A stretch of 64,000 nucleotides of DNA from Lentisphaeria bacterium (GCA_041690595.1 JAWLHB010000007.1:1-64000); one strand, 5' to 3'. Positions 29,562 through 41,400 are shown, numbered from the stretch's first letter. Notes: generated from the sequence alone by a model not told the origin. Made by a program: numbers and translations.

Positions 29562-30677
29562 TCAGGCGAGGGATTCGATGAAGTCCGCCAGGGCCGACAG
29601 GGCAGGACTCTCCGCAGTACGCACATAATAGCCACTGGTGGCGACACCCAGTTGCAGGCAGGCGGCAAGGTCTCCGCCCAGGCAGCGGCCGAGGAAGTAG
29701 CCTGCATTGAAGTGATCACCGGCGCCAGTCGAGATCAGGGGTTTCTCCACGTACGGTCCATCCACGATGGCGCTGCCACCGGCATCCGCGGCGGCGGCAA
29801 AGGCGACGGGATGGATCACCACCGAGCCGATCTGCAGTGCGGCGCGTACCCGTTCGGCGCGCCCAACCAACGCGCTGCGATCGTTCGTCCCGCCTAACGC
29901 GAGCCCGAGGATTTCGCAGATGTGCTCCGACTCCTTCTCATTGAGGCCGAGGGTCGTGTCGTAGTACTGCTGGAAGCGGGAGACCAGAGCCAGTGCGCCC
30001 CGGGTATGTTCGTGATCGTGCTTTTCCGGATCGGCAAGATCGAAGAAGATGTGGCGCTGCCGTGAAGTCAGGTTTGGGCAGATGTCGCCAAGGAGCCGTT
30101 CCCAGATGGCGGACATGTGGGGCATGCTCGACCAGTTGTTCAGGGCCACCGCGCTTGACGCCTCGAAAAGCTCCAGCAGCTTCTCCCTTCCCAGGCATTT
30201 CTCCAGCCGGGGATAGTCGAGCGAGTCCAGGCAATCCAGCTTCTGGAGCATGAGCTTGCCGTCGTCGAACTCAAGGGCATCGGTGGAGGCGGCATCGCAG
30301 ACCGGCAGGAGGCTGCAACGCTCTCCCATCGGCTGGAAGACCGGATGCACCTCGGTGCCTTGGCCGATCGCGCCGATATAGGTGACCGGCATGCCGAAGC
30401 AGCTCAGGGCGTTGGCCATGATTGGCCCGTTGCCGCCCAGCTTGACACGCTCGATGATCAACTCCAGCGCCGTGCTCTTGCCGGCCGCATTGGCGATGCG
30501 ACGGGCAAGGCCGGGGATGCTGGCAAAATGGGTGCGCTGACCGTTCGGCAGCTTTTTTTCGACAACACGGATGATGGAATCGACAAAGCCGTCAAGCCCG
30601 ACAAGGGTGTGGGTTGCGGCGGCATTATCGCCGGCACTGGAGAGCAGGGCAAGCGCCCCGCGATGCGATGAACTCAT
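29562..30677 (-). CDS. PfkB-family carbohydrate kinase-like protein
   Basis: GLDGFVD, KLGGNGPIMANAL, DALEFDDGKLM, FFDLADP, STGAGDHFNAG. Confidence 0.8.
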   Translation of the reverse strand: MSSSHRGALALLSSAGDNAAATHTLVGLDGFVDSIIRVVEKKLPNGQRTHFASIPGLARRIANAAGKSTALELIIERVKLGGNGPIMANALSCFGMPVTYIGAIGQGTEVHPVFQPMGERCSLLPVCDAASTDALEFDDGKLMLQKLDCLDSLDYPRLEKCLGREKLLELFEASSAVALNNWSSMPHMSAIWERLLGDICPNLTSRQRHIFFDLADPEKHDHEHTRGALALVSRFQQYYDTTLGLNEKESEHICEILGLALGGTNDRSALVGRAERVRAALQIGSVVIHPVAFAAAADAGGSAIVDGPYVEKPLISTGAGDHFNAGYFLGRCLGGDLAACLQLGVATSGYYVRTAESPALSALADFIESLA

Positions 30678-32425
30678 GGCTGTGGTGGAATCTCTCTCTC
30701 CTCGGGCTCCTGAAGGAGTTTCGCCAGTGCGTCATCGCTCAGGTTGAGGTGTTGCTGCAGGTTGGCGACCAATGGATTGGCCAGGTAGGGGACGACGTTC
30801 CGGAGTACCGCTCTGTTCAGGCCCGGGTCGTCCGGTGGCGTCAGTTGCACACGTTCAGTGGAACGGGCGCCCGCTTCGCGCCCTTCCATATACTTGTCGT
30901 AGATCTGGCGCGCGAGCCACTGATTTGTCGCGGCCGACTCCAGATCATCGATCGCCAGGTCCTCGTAGTAGCGTGCCAGGAGGCTGACGATGAAGGACTG
31001 GTTTGGCTTCATGCTCTTGCCGGAGATGTCGCCGCCGAGCAGGTTGAGGGTGAACTGCGTCGTCGGCTGATTGTAGAGCGGGTTCGGGAATTGCTCGCGC
31101 AGGTAGCCGTGGAAGCGTTGGGCCCCTTCCCGATCCCCCGAGACAAAGAGCTGAACCATCGCGTCCTTCAAGAAGTTCTCGTAGCCGGACATGATGGACC
31201 GGTTGTTCTCGTTCGTCTCCGCGGTGTTCAGATACGCCTCGCGGACACTTTCCGCCAAGGCGGGATTCGGACGGAGGACGGGATGGCCGTCGCGGGTTAT
31301 GTAGAGCAACCGACCTGCTTCAAAGGCATTTTTGAGCGACTGGAAAACCATGCGCTGGCACTTGATGTTGACGCCGCCTTCCGCAAAGAGCAACCCCTTG
31401 CTGGCCCAGTAGATGGCATGGGCTTCGGGCAGCCGAAAGTCCAGGTAACCGTGCTTCTCGATGAGGCCCGCAATGAAGTCCGGTTCGAGGCGATAGGCCT
31501 CGCGCATCCAGCGGGCCCGCATGAAGGTGTCGAGAGGGGTGAAGACATTCGCCTTTTCCAGCTCATCCCGCATGCCGGCGGGATAGATCGCGTCCCCGCG
31601 GAAGCCGTCCTCCAACTGCAGCAGCGTCAACTGGTACTGATCGAGGATGCGCATGAGCTCCTGCCAGCGGTCGGGTCCAAGCTGGGCCTGAAGGCCGCCG
31701 ATCACCTTGCCATCCCTGTCCAGGGCGGTTATTTCCCGGGGCGCCGCGGCGAATGTCGCCCAGTCGATCGGGTATTTCTGCCCGGTAACATCCTGTATCT
31801 GGCGGGCGAGCTGAACCTTGTAGTAGTTATGGGCATCGTCCAGGATGTTGCCGAGCTTGTGCTGATAGATCCAGCCGAGTTCCTGATAGAGCACCGGGTC
31901 GTTGGGATTGTAGCGCAGTCCTTCATCGCGCGCCAGCTCGATACCGCGCTGCACCCAGCGCCAGCGATCTTCGTGGGCGGAGAAGGTCACGGAGACGTTA
32001 TAGGCCATGTTCCATGAGAGGAAGGCGATGGCGCCGGTGAAACGCGGCTGCAGCTTGACGATCCAGGAAGCGAGCTGGACCATCTCGAAGTACTGCTCGC
32101 GCTCCTTCATCGCCTCGGATCGGAGGAAGAGCACATCCGCGATGATGCCTCGAAAGCCGCCGAGGGCGATGGTGGTGAAGGCGACCAGGGGGGGGGCTTC
32201 GCTGAGGGGGACGGTGTCGATCAGCTGCTCGTCCAGGCGCACCTGCATCATCCGATCCTGCACGGCCGAAACCGCCACGATGCAGAGACAGAAGAGGACG
32301 CTCGCCGCGATGCTCATGAGCCGCTGCCGCAGCGGCATGGCATGGATGGCAAAGACCACGATGGAAACCGCGCCGATCACCACCAGCGAGAAGATCAGGA
32401 AGCCGAGTATGCTCTGTGAAATCAT
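30674..32425 (-). CDS. Conserved hypothetical membrane-anchored protein with probable helical repeats
   Basis: Two N-terminal TM segments; LGGFRG, KLQPRF, WNMAYNVS, RWRWVQRGI, ELGWIYQHK; ATGA overlaps with both neighbours. Confidence 0.7.
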   Translation of the reverse strand: MISQSILGFLIFSLVVIGAVSIVVFAIHAMPLRQRLMSIAASVLFCLCIVAVSAVQDRMMQVRLDEQLIDTVPLSEAPPLVAFTTIALGGFRGIIADVLFLRSEAMKEREQYFEMVQLASWIVKLQPRFTGAIAFLSWNMAYNVSVTFSAHEDRWRWVQRGIELARDEGLRYNPNDPVLYQELGWIYQHKLGNILDDAHNYYKVQLARQIQDVTGQKYPIDWATFAAAPREITALDRDGKVIGGLQAQLGPDRWQELMRILDQYQLTLLQLEDGFRGDAIYPAGMRDELEKANVFTPLDTFMRARWMREAYRLEPDFIAGLIEKHGYLDFRLPEAHAIYWASKGLLFAEGGVNIKCQRMVFQSLKNAFEAGRLLYITRDGHPVLRPNPALAESVREAYLNTAETNENNRSIMSGYENFLKDAMVQLFVSGDREGAQRFHGYLREQFPNPLYNQPTTQFTLNLLGGDISGKSMKPNQSFIVSLLARYYEDLAIDDLESAATNQWLARQIYDKYMEGREAGARSTERVQLTPPDDPGLNRAVLRNVVPYLANPLVANLQQHLNLSDDALAKLLQEPEEREIPPQP

Positions 32426-33795
32426 CGTCGTATCACCTTGCCCAGTTCCCGCCTGTTGAAGAGCCAGATGCCCAGGAAGGCAATGATGCCTCCGCGGAGC
32501 AGCAGTATCAGCGACGCCAGTACGCCGATGGTGGTGAACTCGATGAGACGCCCGCGCGTCAGATGATCCACCAGATTGAACTCATTGACTGAGACAATGA
32601 CATACTTGATCAGGTTCCGGAAGATGTAGAGCCCCCGCATGAAGGGATTCTGGGGTATGATGTCGTCTTCCGGTGTCGCCGGTTCCATCGCCACCAGCAC
32701 TGCCCCGAAAATGACATACGAGAAGGCCAGGAAGAGCGCCACCGGCGTTGACAGCAGGGCGCCGCATGCACAGCCGATAATCCCCAGGAAGGCGATCTGA
32801 AGGAAGATCAGCAGAATCACCCGCAGGTAGTTCATCAGGAAGCTGGTAACGGGCATCATCAGGTAGGGGCCGTCCCCCATCTGGAAGGCGATCGGTTGCT
32901 CGAACATGTCCAGGTTCTCGAAGGATAAGGAGAGCTGGTTCTGTTCGGAGAGGAACTGATTGTCGATCTTGAGAGTGTGCCAGACTCCGCCCATGTACTG
33001 GGTGACCGGCATCGGCACTACCTGCTGCGCCCGTTCGTCGAAGACCCACCAGCGTCCACGTACGGCCCGCTGATCCTTGGACTTGGCATTGCCGACATAG
33101 AAGCGAAAGCGCAGGCTGATCGTGTCGTCCTTGTCGAGTTGCGGAAGCTGTTGGAACTCCCACGGCAAGGGCCGTATCGTCCACGGGCGCACCTCCTCCA
33201 GCTGTCCGACCACCTCGCGGCGAATGGTATCGTAGACCATCTTGTCGGTGATGTTCTCGGGCTTCTCGTAGCCTGCTTCCTGGCGTCGCTCAATCTCCTG
33301 CTCGATCACATTGTCGATGGGGGGCTCGACGGGGTTGAGGTACTTGCGGGCCACCAGGAGCTCGTGGCGGATCGTCTCCCGCTCTTCGGCGCTGAAGTCA
33401 CCGCTTGAGAACCGCCACATGGTGATGGCGAAGATGGCGGTGGCCGCAATCGCCAGCAGTGCCCCCTGCAGGACCAGAATGCCAGCCAGCTTGCCGAACC
33501 AGAAGACCATGCGCGAGACCGGCTTGCTCAGCACCAGATGCGCCTGATACTCCTCGATGTCGTCCGTGATCATGGTGCAGCCGAGCCACAGGGTTACGGC
33601 CGAAAGGAGGAAGCCGACCGTGCTCAGCGCGTAGGTGAGGGAAACCCTCAGGAGGCCTTCCGCCGTACCGTCGCCCTTGATGGTCAGCGGCAGAATGAAG
33701 ATCGCGAGCGCCAGGAAAAAGAGGATGGCGTGCACGACGTGCGAGCGTAGGGAAGAGCGAATGGTAGTCTTGGCAATGGCAAGGATTGTCGTCAT
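32422..33795 (-). CDS. ABC-2 type transporter permease-like protein
   Basis: ILAIAKTTIR, DIEE...LVLSKPVSR...FGKLAG, multiple TMs with a large soluble insert; ATG at 33795. Confidence 0.8.
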   Translation of the reverse strand: MTTILAIAKTTIRSSLRSHVVHAILFFLALAIFILPLTIKGDGTAEGLLRVSLTYALSTVGFLLSAVTLWLGCTMITDDIEEYQAHLVLSKPVSRMVFWFGKLAGILVLQGALLAIAATAIFAITMWRFSSGDFSAEERETIRHELLVARKYLNPVEPPIDNVIEQEIERRQEAGYEKPENITDKMVYDTIRREVVGQLEEVRPWTIRPLPWEFQQLPQLDKDDTISLRFRFYVGNAKSKDQRAVRGRWWVFDERAQQVVPMPVTQYMGGVWHTLKIDNQFLSEQNQLSLSFENLDMFEQPIAFQMGDGPYLMMPVTSFLMNYLRVILLIFLQIAFLGIIGCACGALLSTPVALFLAFSYVIFGAVLVAMEPATPEDDIIPQNPFMRGLYIFRNLIKYVIVSVNEFNLVDHLTRGRLIEFTTIGVLASLILLLRGGIIAFLGIWLFNRRELGKVIRR

Positions 33796-34290
33796 TAGTG
33801 ATGCGCCCACAGGTTGTAAAGTGCCTTCTGCCGCGTCGATGCAAAGGTAATCTACTCACGGGAGCCAGGATATCAACACGTTGTGAAGCAGGTCACCGGC
33901 TTTGCGCGGGGCAGGAAAAGCTGGGCGAGCGTCGCGGATGGCCCAAGCCCCGCCGAGGTCTTCGCGAAAATGGTTCCCTGCCCCCCCTGACAAGGGCTCT
34001 TGCATCCCCATTTTTCGAGGCTGAATGAAGAATTTTCGCAGAAGCAGCTTGCGAAATGTAGGACGGAGACCTACACTATCCTTGCGCATTTTGCTGACGT
34101 GAAGATGGACCGGAAACGGGTATCGGAACCGACGCAAGCGGGGATGCGCCTCCGAAAAAATGGTCACAGAACCAAGCCGCTTACAACCGAAGACGTACGG
34201 ATTGTCGTTGTTCACTCAGCGATAGTCACGAGGGACCGTTTCCGCGCTCACTGCGTGGATCGTACACGCTACAGCAACAGGGGGTTGCGT

Positions 34291-36570
34291 ATGTCTATTC
34301 GAACTGCACTAGTACTGTCACTCTTGTGGATGGGAGTCGGTGCATTTGCCGGCGTCTCCGTCGACGATATCCAGGGAGCTTATGTGGGCGGTTCCAGTCC
34401 GCCTGAATTGATCAAGAAGGCTGTCGGCTTCCTGAATGATGGCATGGATGCGTTGTATGGCAAGCGCTACTTCGGCCTCTACACCAAGCCCACCCAGCCA
34501 TGCTTCGCGATCGGCTCCAAGGCGGCGATCGACATGGGCTGGATCACCCAGGCGGAGTTGGACAGCGTCGCTTACGGCGGTTATGTCGTTCGCACCACGC
34601 CTGGCGGGGTCGCCATCGCCGGTAAGACGAACTTCGACACGATCGTCGGGGTGCAGGAGTATATCCGCTACCTCGGCCATTCCACCATCGGCGGTTTGCC
34701 GGCAGGGGTCCGCGAGATTCGCGCCACCACCAAGCCGACCAGCCGCATCCTCCCGGACTACTCGATAGCCTATCGGCCTCCCATGCCGATGCGCAATTAC
34801 TACAATCGGGACGATCAGGCCCGTCCCGACACGGCGATGGCCATCATCAATCCGGAGATACCAACGGATCTGTGGCTCGATCATTCGGCCGGCTTTCTGA
34901 TTCCGAAAGACCTTTACTACGATGCGCATCCGGAGTACTTCGCGCTGGTCGGCGGCAAGCGTATCGCGAAGGAAGACTTCATCTACAAGCGAACGCCTCT
35001 CTGCCTTTCCAATCCCGATGTGCTTCGCATTTCCGCGGAGCGGGCTCTGCGCTGGGTCGAGGTCCAGCCGGAATACACCATCTTCCCCATCACCTACGGC
35101 GATACCCGCATCTGGTGCGAATGCGCAGAGTGCAAAGCTCTGGATCATTGGCCCGGCCAGCACGCGGGACGGCTGTTGCACTGGGTCAACTACGTCGCCG
35201 ATGCCATCGGCGCGAAGTATCCCGACATCACCGTCATCACCTTTGCCTATGGTGGCTCCGATATGGCGCCAAGCAACATCGCGCCGCGCCCGAATGTGAC
35301 CATGGTTCTTTCCAGCGGCTTGGACATGCCTTTCTACGGCCATCGCGAGAAGGTGGGCGCCCTGCTTCCGGGCGGCATCGCCAAGATCAAGAGCTGGCAT
35401 GAACTCTGCCCCGGCCGCGTCTGGGTGTGCGAATACTCGGAGGACCTCTATCATCCGGCAATGCCGCTGCAGATCGAGGATCGGCTCCGCTGGTACTACA
35501 ACCACGGCGTGACCGGGATCATGTACAGCTATGGCTATCCCATCACCTTCAAGGCGCTCTGGAGCCATATCTACGGACGGCTGATGATGGATCTCTCCCT
35601 CGACGCCCAGACACTCGCCGAAGACTTTGCCTTGCGCTATTATGCCGAGGGCGGTCCGGCCATGGCACGGTATTTCGCCCTCTCCCATAAGCGCTACAAG
35701 GATACGCTGCAGACGGTCACCAAGGAGAGCTTTATCAACGGTCATCCTGCCGACTACTACAGCAACACCTTCATCGAAGCCGCGCTCGATGCCTTCCAGG
35801 AGGCCATGGACAAGACCGCCTGGGAGATCACCAAGGAGATCCGCCCGGAGATGATGCTCTTTTCCCTCGACGCGCTCCGCCGTCCGGGGCCTGGTTCCAT
35901 GGATACTGTCCGCATTGCCTTGATGCACCGTCTGATGGGCATCGTGCGCGACTTCAGCCCGAATGTCTCCGACGCCGAAAAGGCCGCCTTGGGCAAGAAG
36001 CTCTACGATGCCGGCGTCACCGCCGACACCGAGCGCCCGGGATCGCTCGCCGTCGTCAAGGAATGGCTGCTTCAGGAAGGGCTGCCCATACCCGCGCCGA
36101 GTCAGTCCGGTGACGGTGTCACGGTCTACGCCACGGACTTCCTCTTCGGGCATGGCCCCTTCCTCTACAATGGCGGGCATCGTGGCCCAGAGGATACGCA
36201 GGTTCCCGTCATGCACATCTATGTGGCCGGCAACGACAAGGGGCGCAGCGACAAGATGACCGCCCTCTTCGAACTCTATACCATACCCGCGGGTTCCACC
36301 GCGACTCTTGCCCTGCTCGGGCAGGACAACGACGACCCCAACATGGCACCCACGGATGTACGCGTCGAGGTCAATGGCCAGGTGCTCTATACCGGCCCGA
36401 CCGAGATGCTCAAGTGGGACTGGTCATGGCACTACATCACGGTGCCGACAGGGCTCCTTCAGGAAGGTGTCAATCAGCTGACGATCACCAATGTCAGCAG
36501 CCCTTCCTCGATCAATCACTGGCACCAGCGCTGGTATATGCTGGTGCGAGCAAAGGTCAGCTTCAATTGA
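34291..36570 (+). CDS. Secreted DUF4838 domain protein
   Basis: Start moved to ATG 34291 (MSIRTALVLSLLW signal peptide); DLWLDHSAG, HPEYFA, RTPLCLSNP, CECAEC. Confidence 0.8.
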   Translation: MSIRTALVLSLLWMGVGAFAGVSVDDIQGAYVGGSSPPELIKKAVGFLNDGMDALYGKRYFGLYTKPTQPCFAIGSKAAIDMGWITQAELDSVAYGGYVVRTTPGGVAIAGKTNFDTIVGVQEYIRYLGHSTIGGLPAGVREIRATTKPTSRILPDYSIAYRPPMPMRNYYNRDDQARPDTAMAIINPEIPTDLWLDHSAGFLIPKDLYYDAHPEYFALVGGKRIAKEDFIYKRTPLCLSNPDVLRISAERALRWVEVQPEYTIFPITYGDTRIWCECAECKALDHWPGQHAGRLLHWVNYVADAIGAKYPDITVITFAYGGSDMAPSNIAPRPNVTMVLSSGLDMPFYGHREKVGALLPGGIAKIKSWHELCPGRVWVCEYSEDLYHPAMPLQIEDRLRWYYNHGVTGIMYSYGYPITFKALWSHIYGRLMMDLSLDAQTLAEDFALRYYAEGGPAMARYFALSHKRYKDTLQTVTKESFINGHPADYYSNTFIEAALDAFQEAMDKTAWEITKEIRPEMMLFSLDALRRPGPGSMDTVRIALMHRLMGIVRDFSPNVSDAEKAALGKKLYDAGVTADTERPGSLAVVKEWLLQEGLPIPAPSQSGDGVTVYATDFLFGHGPFLYNGGHRGPEDTQVPVMHIYVAGNDKGRSDKMTALFELYTIPAGSTATLALLGQDNDDPNMAPTDVRVEVNGQVLYTGPTEMLKWDWSWHYITVPTGLLQEGVNQLTITNVSSPSSINHWHQRWYMLVRAKVSFN

Positions 36571-36977
36571 GGTAAGGGACTGCCCCGATTGAAGCTGATT
36601 CGCTGGAAAGGCGGCTTTTACCGCCTGATGACGCGGTTGTTCGTCGCCGCTGGTATGCCGTGCCGGACAACCGCACTTTCTCTGACCAAACGCACATGAA
36701 ATAAGGAGGACGGATTGAACGACAGTGCTGCCGCGATTCGCCAAAGGGACTTAGCGCCATTCGTGGCGCTGGCGAGTTGCAGGGGAAACGCTGTCGCGGG
36801 GCCGGAAACGGCCTGATCCATCAGCATCATCGTCGGCGAGCTTCTGCAAAGCGGAATCTGGGATCTTCGGATTCCACGCCTCTGGATTCAAGGGACTGGT
36901 CCAGCAGCGACACCTTCCGCATTCAGATTCGCCGGCTCTTCAAGAAACATATCTGCTAGAAGGGAGGCAGATGATAG

Positions 36978-38222
36978 ATGACCTGCACAATTGGGTTGTG
37001 GACAAAAATGTGGTCGGCAATGGGGTTCTGTGCCCTGCTGCTGACAATCAATGCCGCTAACGCACAAACAACAACCAGCGATACGGAATTCAAGGTGACG
37101 AGCGTGGAGGTTGCCGGCACCGGCAGCAGCACCGCCGTGACGGTTTCCTACACCTATCGCGATCTCGCGGGCCGCACCTTCACCATTGGCCTGGAAGCTT
37201 CCGCCGATAACGGCGCTGTCTGGGGAAATGTTCCGGTAGCGAATTGGATCGGCGATGCCAGTGTCGACGCGACGTCGACCGCAAAGAGCGCTTCGCTCCT
37301 CTGGAAGGCGGGCCTCGATTGGAAGGAGCAGCTTTCGCAGACGATGCGGGTGCGGATCGCAGCCACGCCGACCGTGGCGGAGCAGGGCGACTATCTGGTC
37401 ATCGACCTTTCCGGCGGCGCCAGCGCGACCAGCTATCCCACCAGCAGCCTGACGTCGCTGCCGGCGCCCATTCCGACGACCTACAAGACGACGCACCTCG
37501 TCCTGCGTCGGATTCCGGCTGGCTCCTTCGCCATGCACTCGCCCAGCGATGAACTCGGCAGAGACCTCGACGAGGCCTACCACCGGGTCACTCTCTCGCA
37601 GGATCACTACGTGGGCCTCTTCGAAGTCACGCAGCGCCAGTACGAGCTGGTCATGGGGAGCAATCCGGCCTCGCATCCTGGCGCCGCGCGTCCCGTGGAA
37701 TCCGTTACCTGGGAGGATGTCCGCGGCGGCACCTGGCCCGGCGGCGCACCAGTCAGCGGCACCTTCCTCCAGAAGCTGCGCAGCAAGAGCGGCCTTCTGC
37801 TCGACCTGCCAACCGAATCGCTCTGGGAGTATGCCTGCCGCGCCGGCACGACCACTGCGTTCAACAACGGTCAGGTGATGACCGTCAACAACGAAGACTC
37901 TGCACTCACGCAGCTCGCCCGCTATTTCTACAATGGCGGCGACAACCAGCACGCCACTGTCGGCAGCTATCTGCCGAACGCCTGGGGGCTCTACGACATG
38001 CATGGCAATGTCGCGGAATGGTGCCTCGACTGGTATGGCACCTATCCTGGTGACATCACAGATCCCACCGGTGCCGCAACCGGTTCCGCCCGCGTCATGC
38101 GCGGCGGAAGCTGGTACTATGGCGCCAAGTACTGCCGAGCCGCCTTCCGCGATTGCGCCAAACCGGCCGCTCGCTCGCCGATCGCCGGTTTCCGCATCGC
38201 CATGCCCGCAACTCTCAACTAA
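36978..38222 (+). CDS. Secreted formylglycine-generating enzyme (SUMF1/FGE-sulfatase) domain protein
   Basis: FEVTQRQY, PVESVTW, LPTESLWEYACRAG, PNAWGLYDMHGNVAEWC, RVMRGGSW, GFR. Confidence 0.88.
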   Translation: MTCTIGLWTKMWSAMGFCALLLTINAANAQTTTSDTEFKVTSVEVAGTGSSTAVTVSYTYRDLAGRTFTIGLEASADNGAVWGNVPVANWIGDASVDATSTAKSASLLWKAGLDWKEQLSQTMRVRIAATPTVAEQGDYLVIDLSGGASATSYPTSSLTSLPAPIPTTYKTTHLVLRRIPAGSFAMHSPSDELGRDLDEAYHRVTLSQDHYVGLFEVTQRQYELVMGSNPASHPGAARPVESVTWEDVRGGTWPGGAPVSGTFLQKLRSKSGLLLDLPTESLWEYACRAGTTTAFNNGQVMTVNNEDSALTQLARYFYNGGDNQHATVGSYLPNAWGLYDMHGNVAEWCLDWYGTYPGDITDPTGAATGSARVMRGGSWYYGAKYCRAAFRDCAKPAARSPIAGFRIAMPATLN

Positions 38223-38406
38223 GAGTGCGGCGACCGCCGCCGGCATTTGATTGTCCGGTGGCAAACCCTGACCCAGCAGGACAGAACTCTGGATACAACG
38301 AGTGCGACAGGCCAGATCCCTGGACTCTCGCCAACAACACGCGTGGATCTTGCCGCTTCGCCATGGCTGCTCTGCCTGGCTGCGAGCAAACATACAGAGG
38401 TGAATT

Positions 38407-41400
38407 ATGAATCGTGCCCTGAACCCCACAAGCATCGTCAAGTCATGGACGCCTGGTTCGTCCACCCGCTTCTGCCGCCTGCTTGCGCTTGCCTGCATCA
38501 CGGCGCTCTTCGCCTTGCAGGCAGATGCCCAGACCTACTACGCCACGTCGGACAGCTTTGTTCTCGATACCCGCGAACCGGCTCCCATCCAACTGCCCTC
38601 GCTCTGGATTGGCGACCGCAGCGTCACGGAAGGGGGCGCCGCCACCTTCACGGTCACCCTCAGCGCCGTCTCCACTTCGGCGGTCGACGTCGACTTTGCC
38701 ACCTCCAGCGGGACAGCCCTCCAGGGAGTGGATTATACCGGCGCGAGTGGAACGCTCACCATTCCGGCGGGCAGCCTGTCGGGAACCATCAACGTGGTCT
38801 CCCTTGCGGACGCCATTTACGAAGGCAATGAAAACTTCACCGTCAGCCTGACGAATCCGCGACAGGCGACAATCGCCACGGGCGCCGCCACCGGCACCAT
38901 CGTCGACGCCAATGCCATGCCTGCGATCAGTGTCAACGACTTCGACATCACCGTCGGCACACCAGCACAGTTCCTGGTACGCATCGACCGCGTCAGCGCC
39001 TTCGATACCACCGCCTCCTTCAGCGTCACCGGTACCGTGGTAGCCGGCGGCACAGTCTCCGGGACGACCACCATTGCCAAGGGGCAGACTCAGGCCGCCA
39101 TCGCCGTGCCGCTGGTGACGAACGCCACCGGCAGCATGACCCTTACTCTCAGCAATCCTCAGAATGCCACGCTGGCGCGCACGGTTGCCACGGGCGTCGT
39201 TTCTTCCACGCTGGGTCAGCCCAGCCTCGCCGTCAACGACGTGACGGTCGTCGAAGGTCAGGTTGCCGTCTTCACGCTCACGCTGAGCCATGTCACCGAT
39301 GTCTCCGTGGTTGCCGATGTCGGGACCGTCAGCAGCGGCACGACGGGGATCATGGGAACAGACTACGCCGGCATGAGCGCACTTATCACCATCCCTGCTG
39401 GGCAGACCACAGGCTCCGTCTCCGTCGTGACCAAGGATAACCGCGTCGATCAGCCTGATCGCACCTTCAAGATGTTCATCAAGAGCGCCACCAACAGCAT
39501 CATCGCCGACGCGGTCGGCCTGGGTACCATCTTGGACAATGACTTCTCGCCGGTTGCCGGCAATGACGCCTATGAACTGACCGATGTCACCAAGCCCCTT
39601 TCCGTCCCCGCCCCTGGCGTCCTTGCCAACGACAGCGATCAGGACGACACCGTCATTGTCGCTCTTCTTGTCGACGCGCCGAAGCAGGGACAGGTTGTGC
39701 TGAATCAGGATGGCTCCTTTGTCTATACCCCTGCCTCCGGCTGGAATGGCAGCGACACCTTCACCTATCGCGCCGCCGATCCGGTCTGGAACAAGAGCGC
39801 CGTGACCACCGTCACCCTCACCGGGACGGCTGCACCGGCTCCAGTTCCCGGCATCAGCATCGCCGACATCTCCCCCGATGAAGGGAGCGGCGTTGCCACC
39901 TTCACGCTCAGCATGAGCCTCGCCACCACTAACGACGTCTCCGTCTTCGTGGCAACCGTGGCTGGTTCGGCTGGCGTCGCTGATTTTGTGCCCATCGCCC
40001 AGACCGTCACCATCCCCGCAGGCGAGACCAGCCGCAACGTAACGGTCACCCTCCTCGACGACCTCCTGGACGAGGCCGATGAGAGCTTCACCCTGATGCT
40101 CAGTCAACCCGTCAACGCCACCATCGCCGTTGCTTCCGCCACCTGCAGCATCATCGACGATGACGCCGCGCCGGTCATCACCGTGGCCGATATCCGNNNN
40201 NNNNNNNNNNNNNNNNNNNNNNNNNNNNNNNNNNNNNNNNNNNNNNNNNNNNNNNNNNNNNNNNNNNNNNNNNNNNNNNNNNNNNNNNNNNNNNNNCGTC
40301 TCGGAAGCAGACGCCACCGCTCGCTTCACCGCGACCCTCAGTGTCCCCAGCAGCATAACCGTCACGTTCGACTATGCCACCAAGGATGGAACGGCCAAGG
40401 CCGGCAATAGTTATGTCGCCGCTGCCGGCACCATCACGATTCCCGCCGGCGAGACGACCGTCGGCATTGAGGTGACGCTGATGGACGACGGGATCGATGA
40501 GGCAGACGAGAACTTCATTCTCACACTCGCCAAGCCTATCAATGCAACGCTGGCCACCGCCCAGGCGGTTGCCACGATCGTCGACGATGACGCCGCGCCG
40601 GTCATCACCGTGGCCGATATCCGCGTCTCGGAAGCAGACGCCACCGCTCGCTTCACCGCGACCCTCAGTGTCCCCAGCAGCATAACCGTCACGTTCGACT
40701 ATGCCACCAAGGATGGAACGGCGAAGGCCGGCAATAGTTATGTCGCCGCTGCCGGCACCATCACGATTCCTGCCGGCGAGACGACCGCCGACATTGAGGT
40801 GACGCTGATGGACGATGGGATCGATGAGGCAGACGAGACCTTCATTCTCACACTCGCCAAGCCTCTCAATGCAACGCTGGCCACCGCCCAGGCGGTTGCC
40901 ACGATCATCGACGATGACGCCACGCCCACTCTGACCATAGCCGAGGCCAGCGCCGGTGAAGCCGACCTCCATGTCGCCTTCACTGCCACCCTCAGCGCCC
41001 CAGCGGGGATGATCGTCTCCGTCGACTATCAGACTCAGGATGGCACCGCCAAGGCCGGCAGCGACTACAAGGCTGCCTCCGGCACGCTCGCCATTCCAGT
41101 CGGTCAGACCACCGCCACCATCCAGGTGCCGCTCATCGACAATACCGTCCACAATGACGACAAGAGCTTTGCTCTGCTGCTCTCCGCGGCGACCAATGCC
41201 GCCCTCGTCACCGAGGTGGCCACGGGTACCATCGTCGACGATGACGAGCCGACCGTCACCCGCCACTGGCCCGCCATTGCCGGGGATCCAAGTCAGGCTG
41301 TCTGGAACATCTATCTCAAGTCTGCCGACATCGACGGCATCGCGCTGGAGGCAGGTGACGAGCTCGCGCTCTATGACGGCAACCGCGTCGTCGGCACCTT

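Noticed and set aside
33800..34290. ncRNA or small ORFs in the ~490-bp divergent intergenic region; 97-aa N-terminal extension of ORF 34000
   Set aside because: No recognisable RNA motif; a signal peptide starts at ATG 34291.
36978..38222. FGE-sulfatase (CLec-fold) gene as a diversity-generating retroelement target
   Set aside because: No reverse transcriptase and no template repeat of the 3' region found in the window. It also does not look like a catalytic FGE.
38255..38325. c-di-GMP-I riboswitch (GGCAAAC) before the surface protein gene
   Set aside because: Lacks the GAAA tetraloop and GACGCAAAG elements; an Rfam covariance search would be needed to rescue it.
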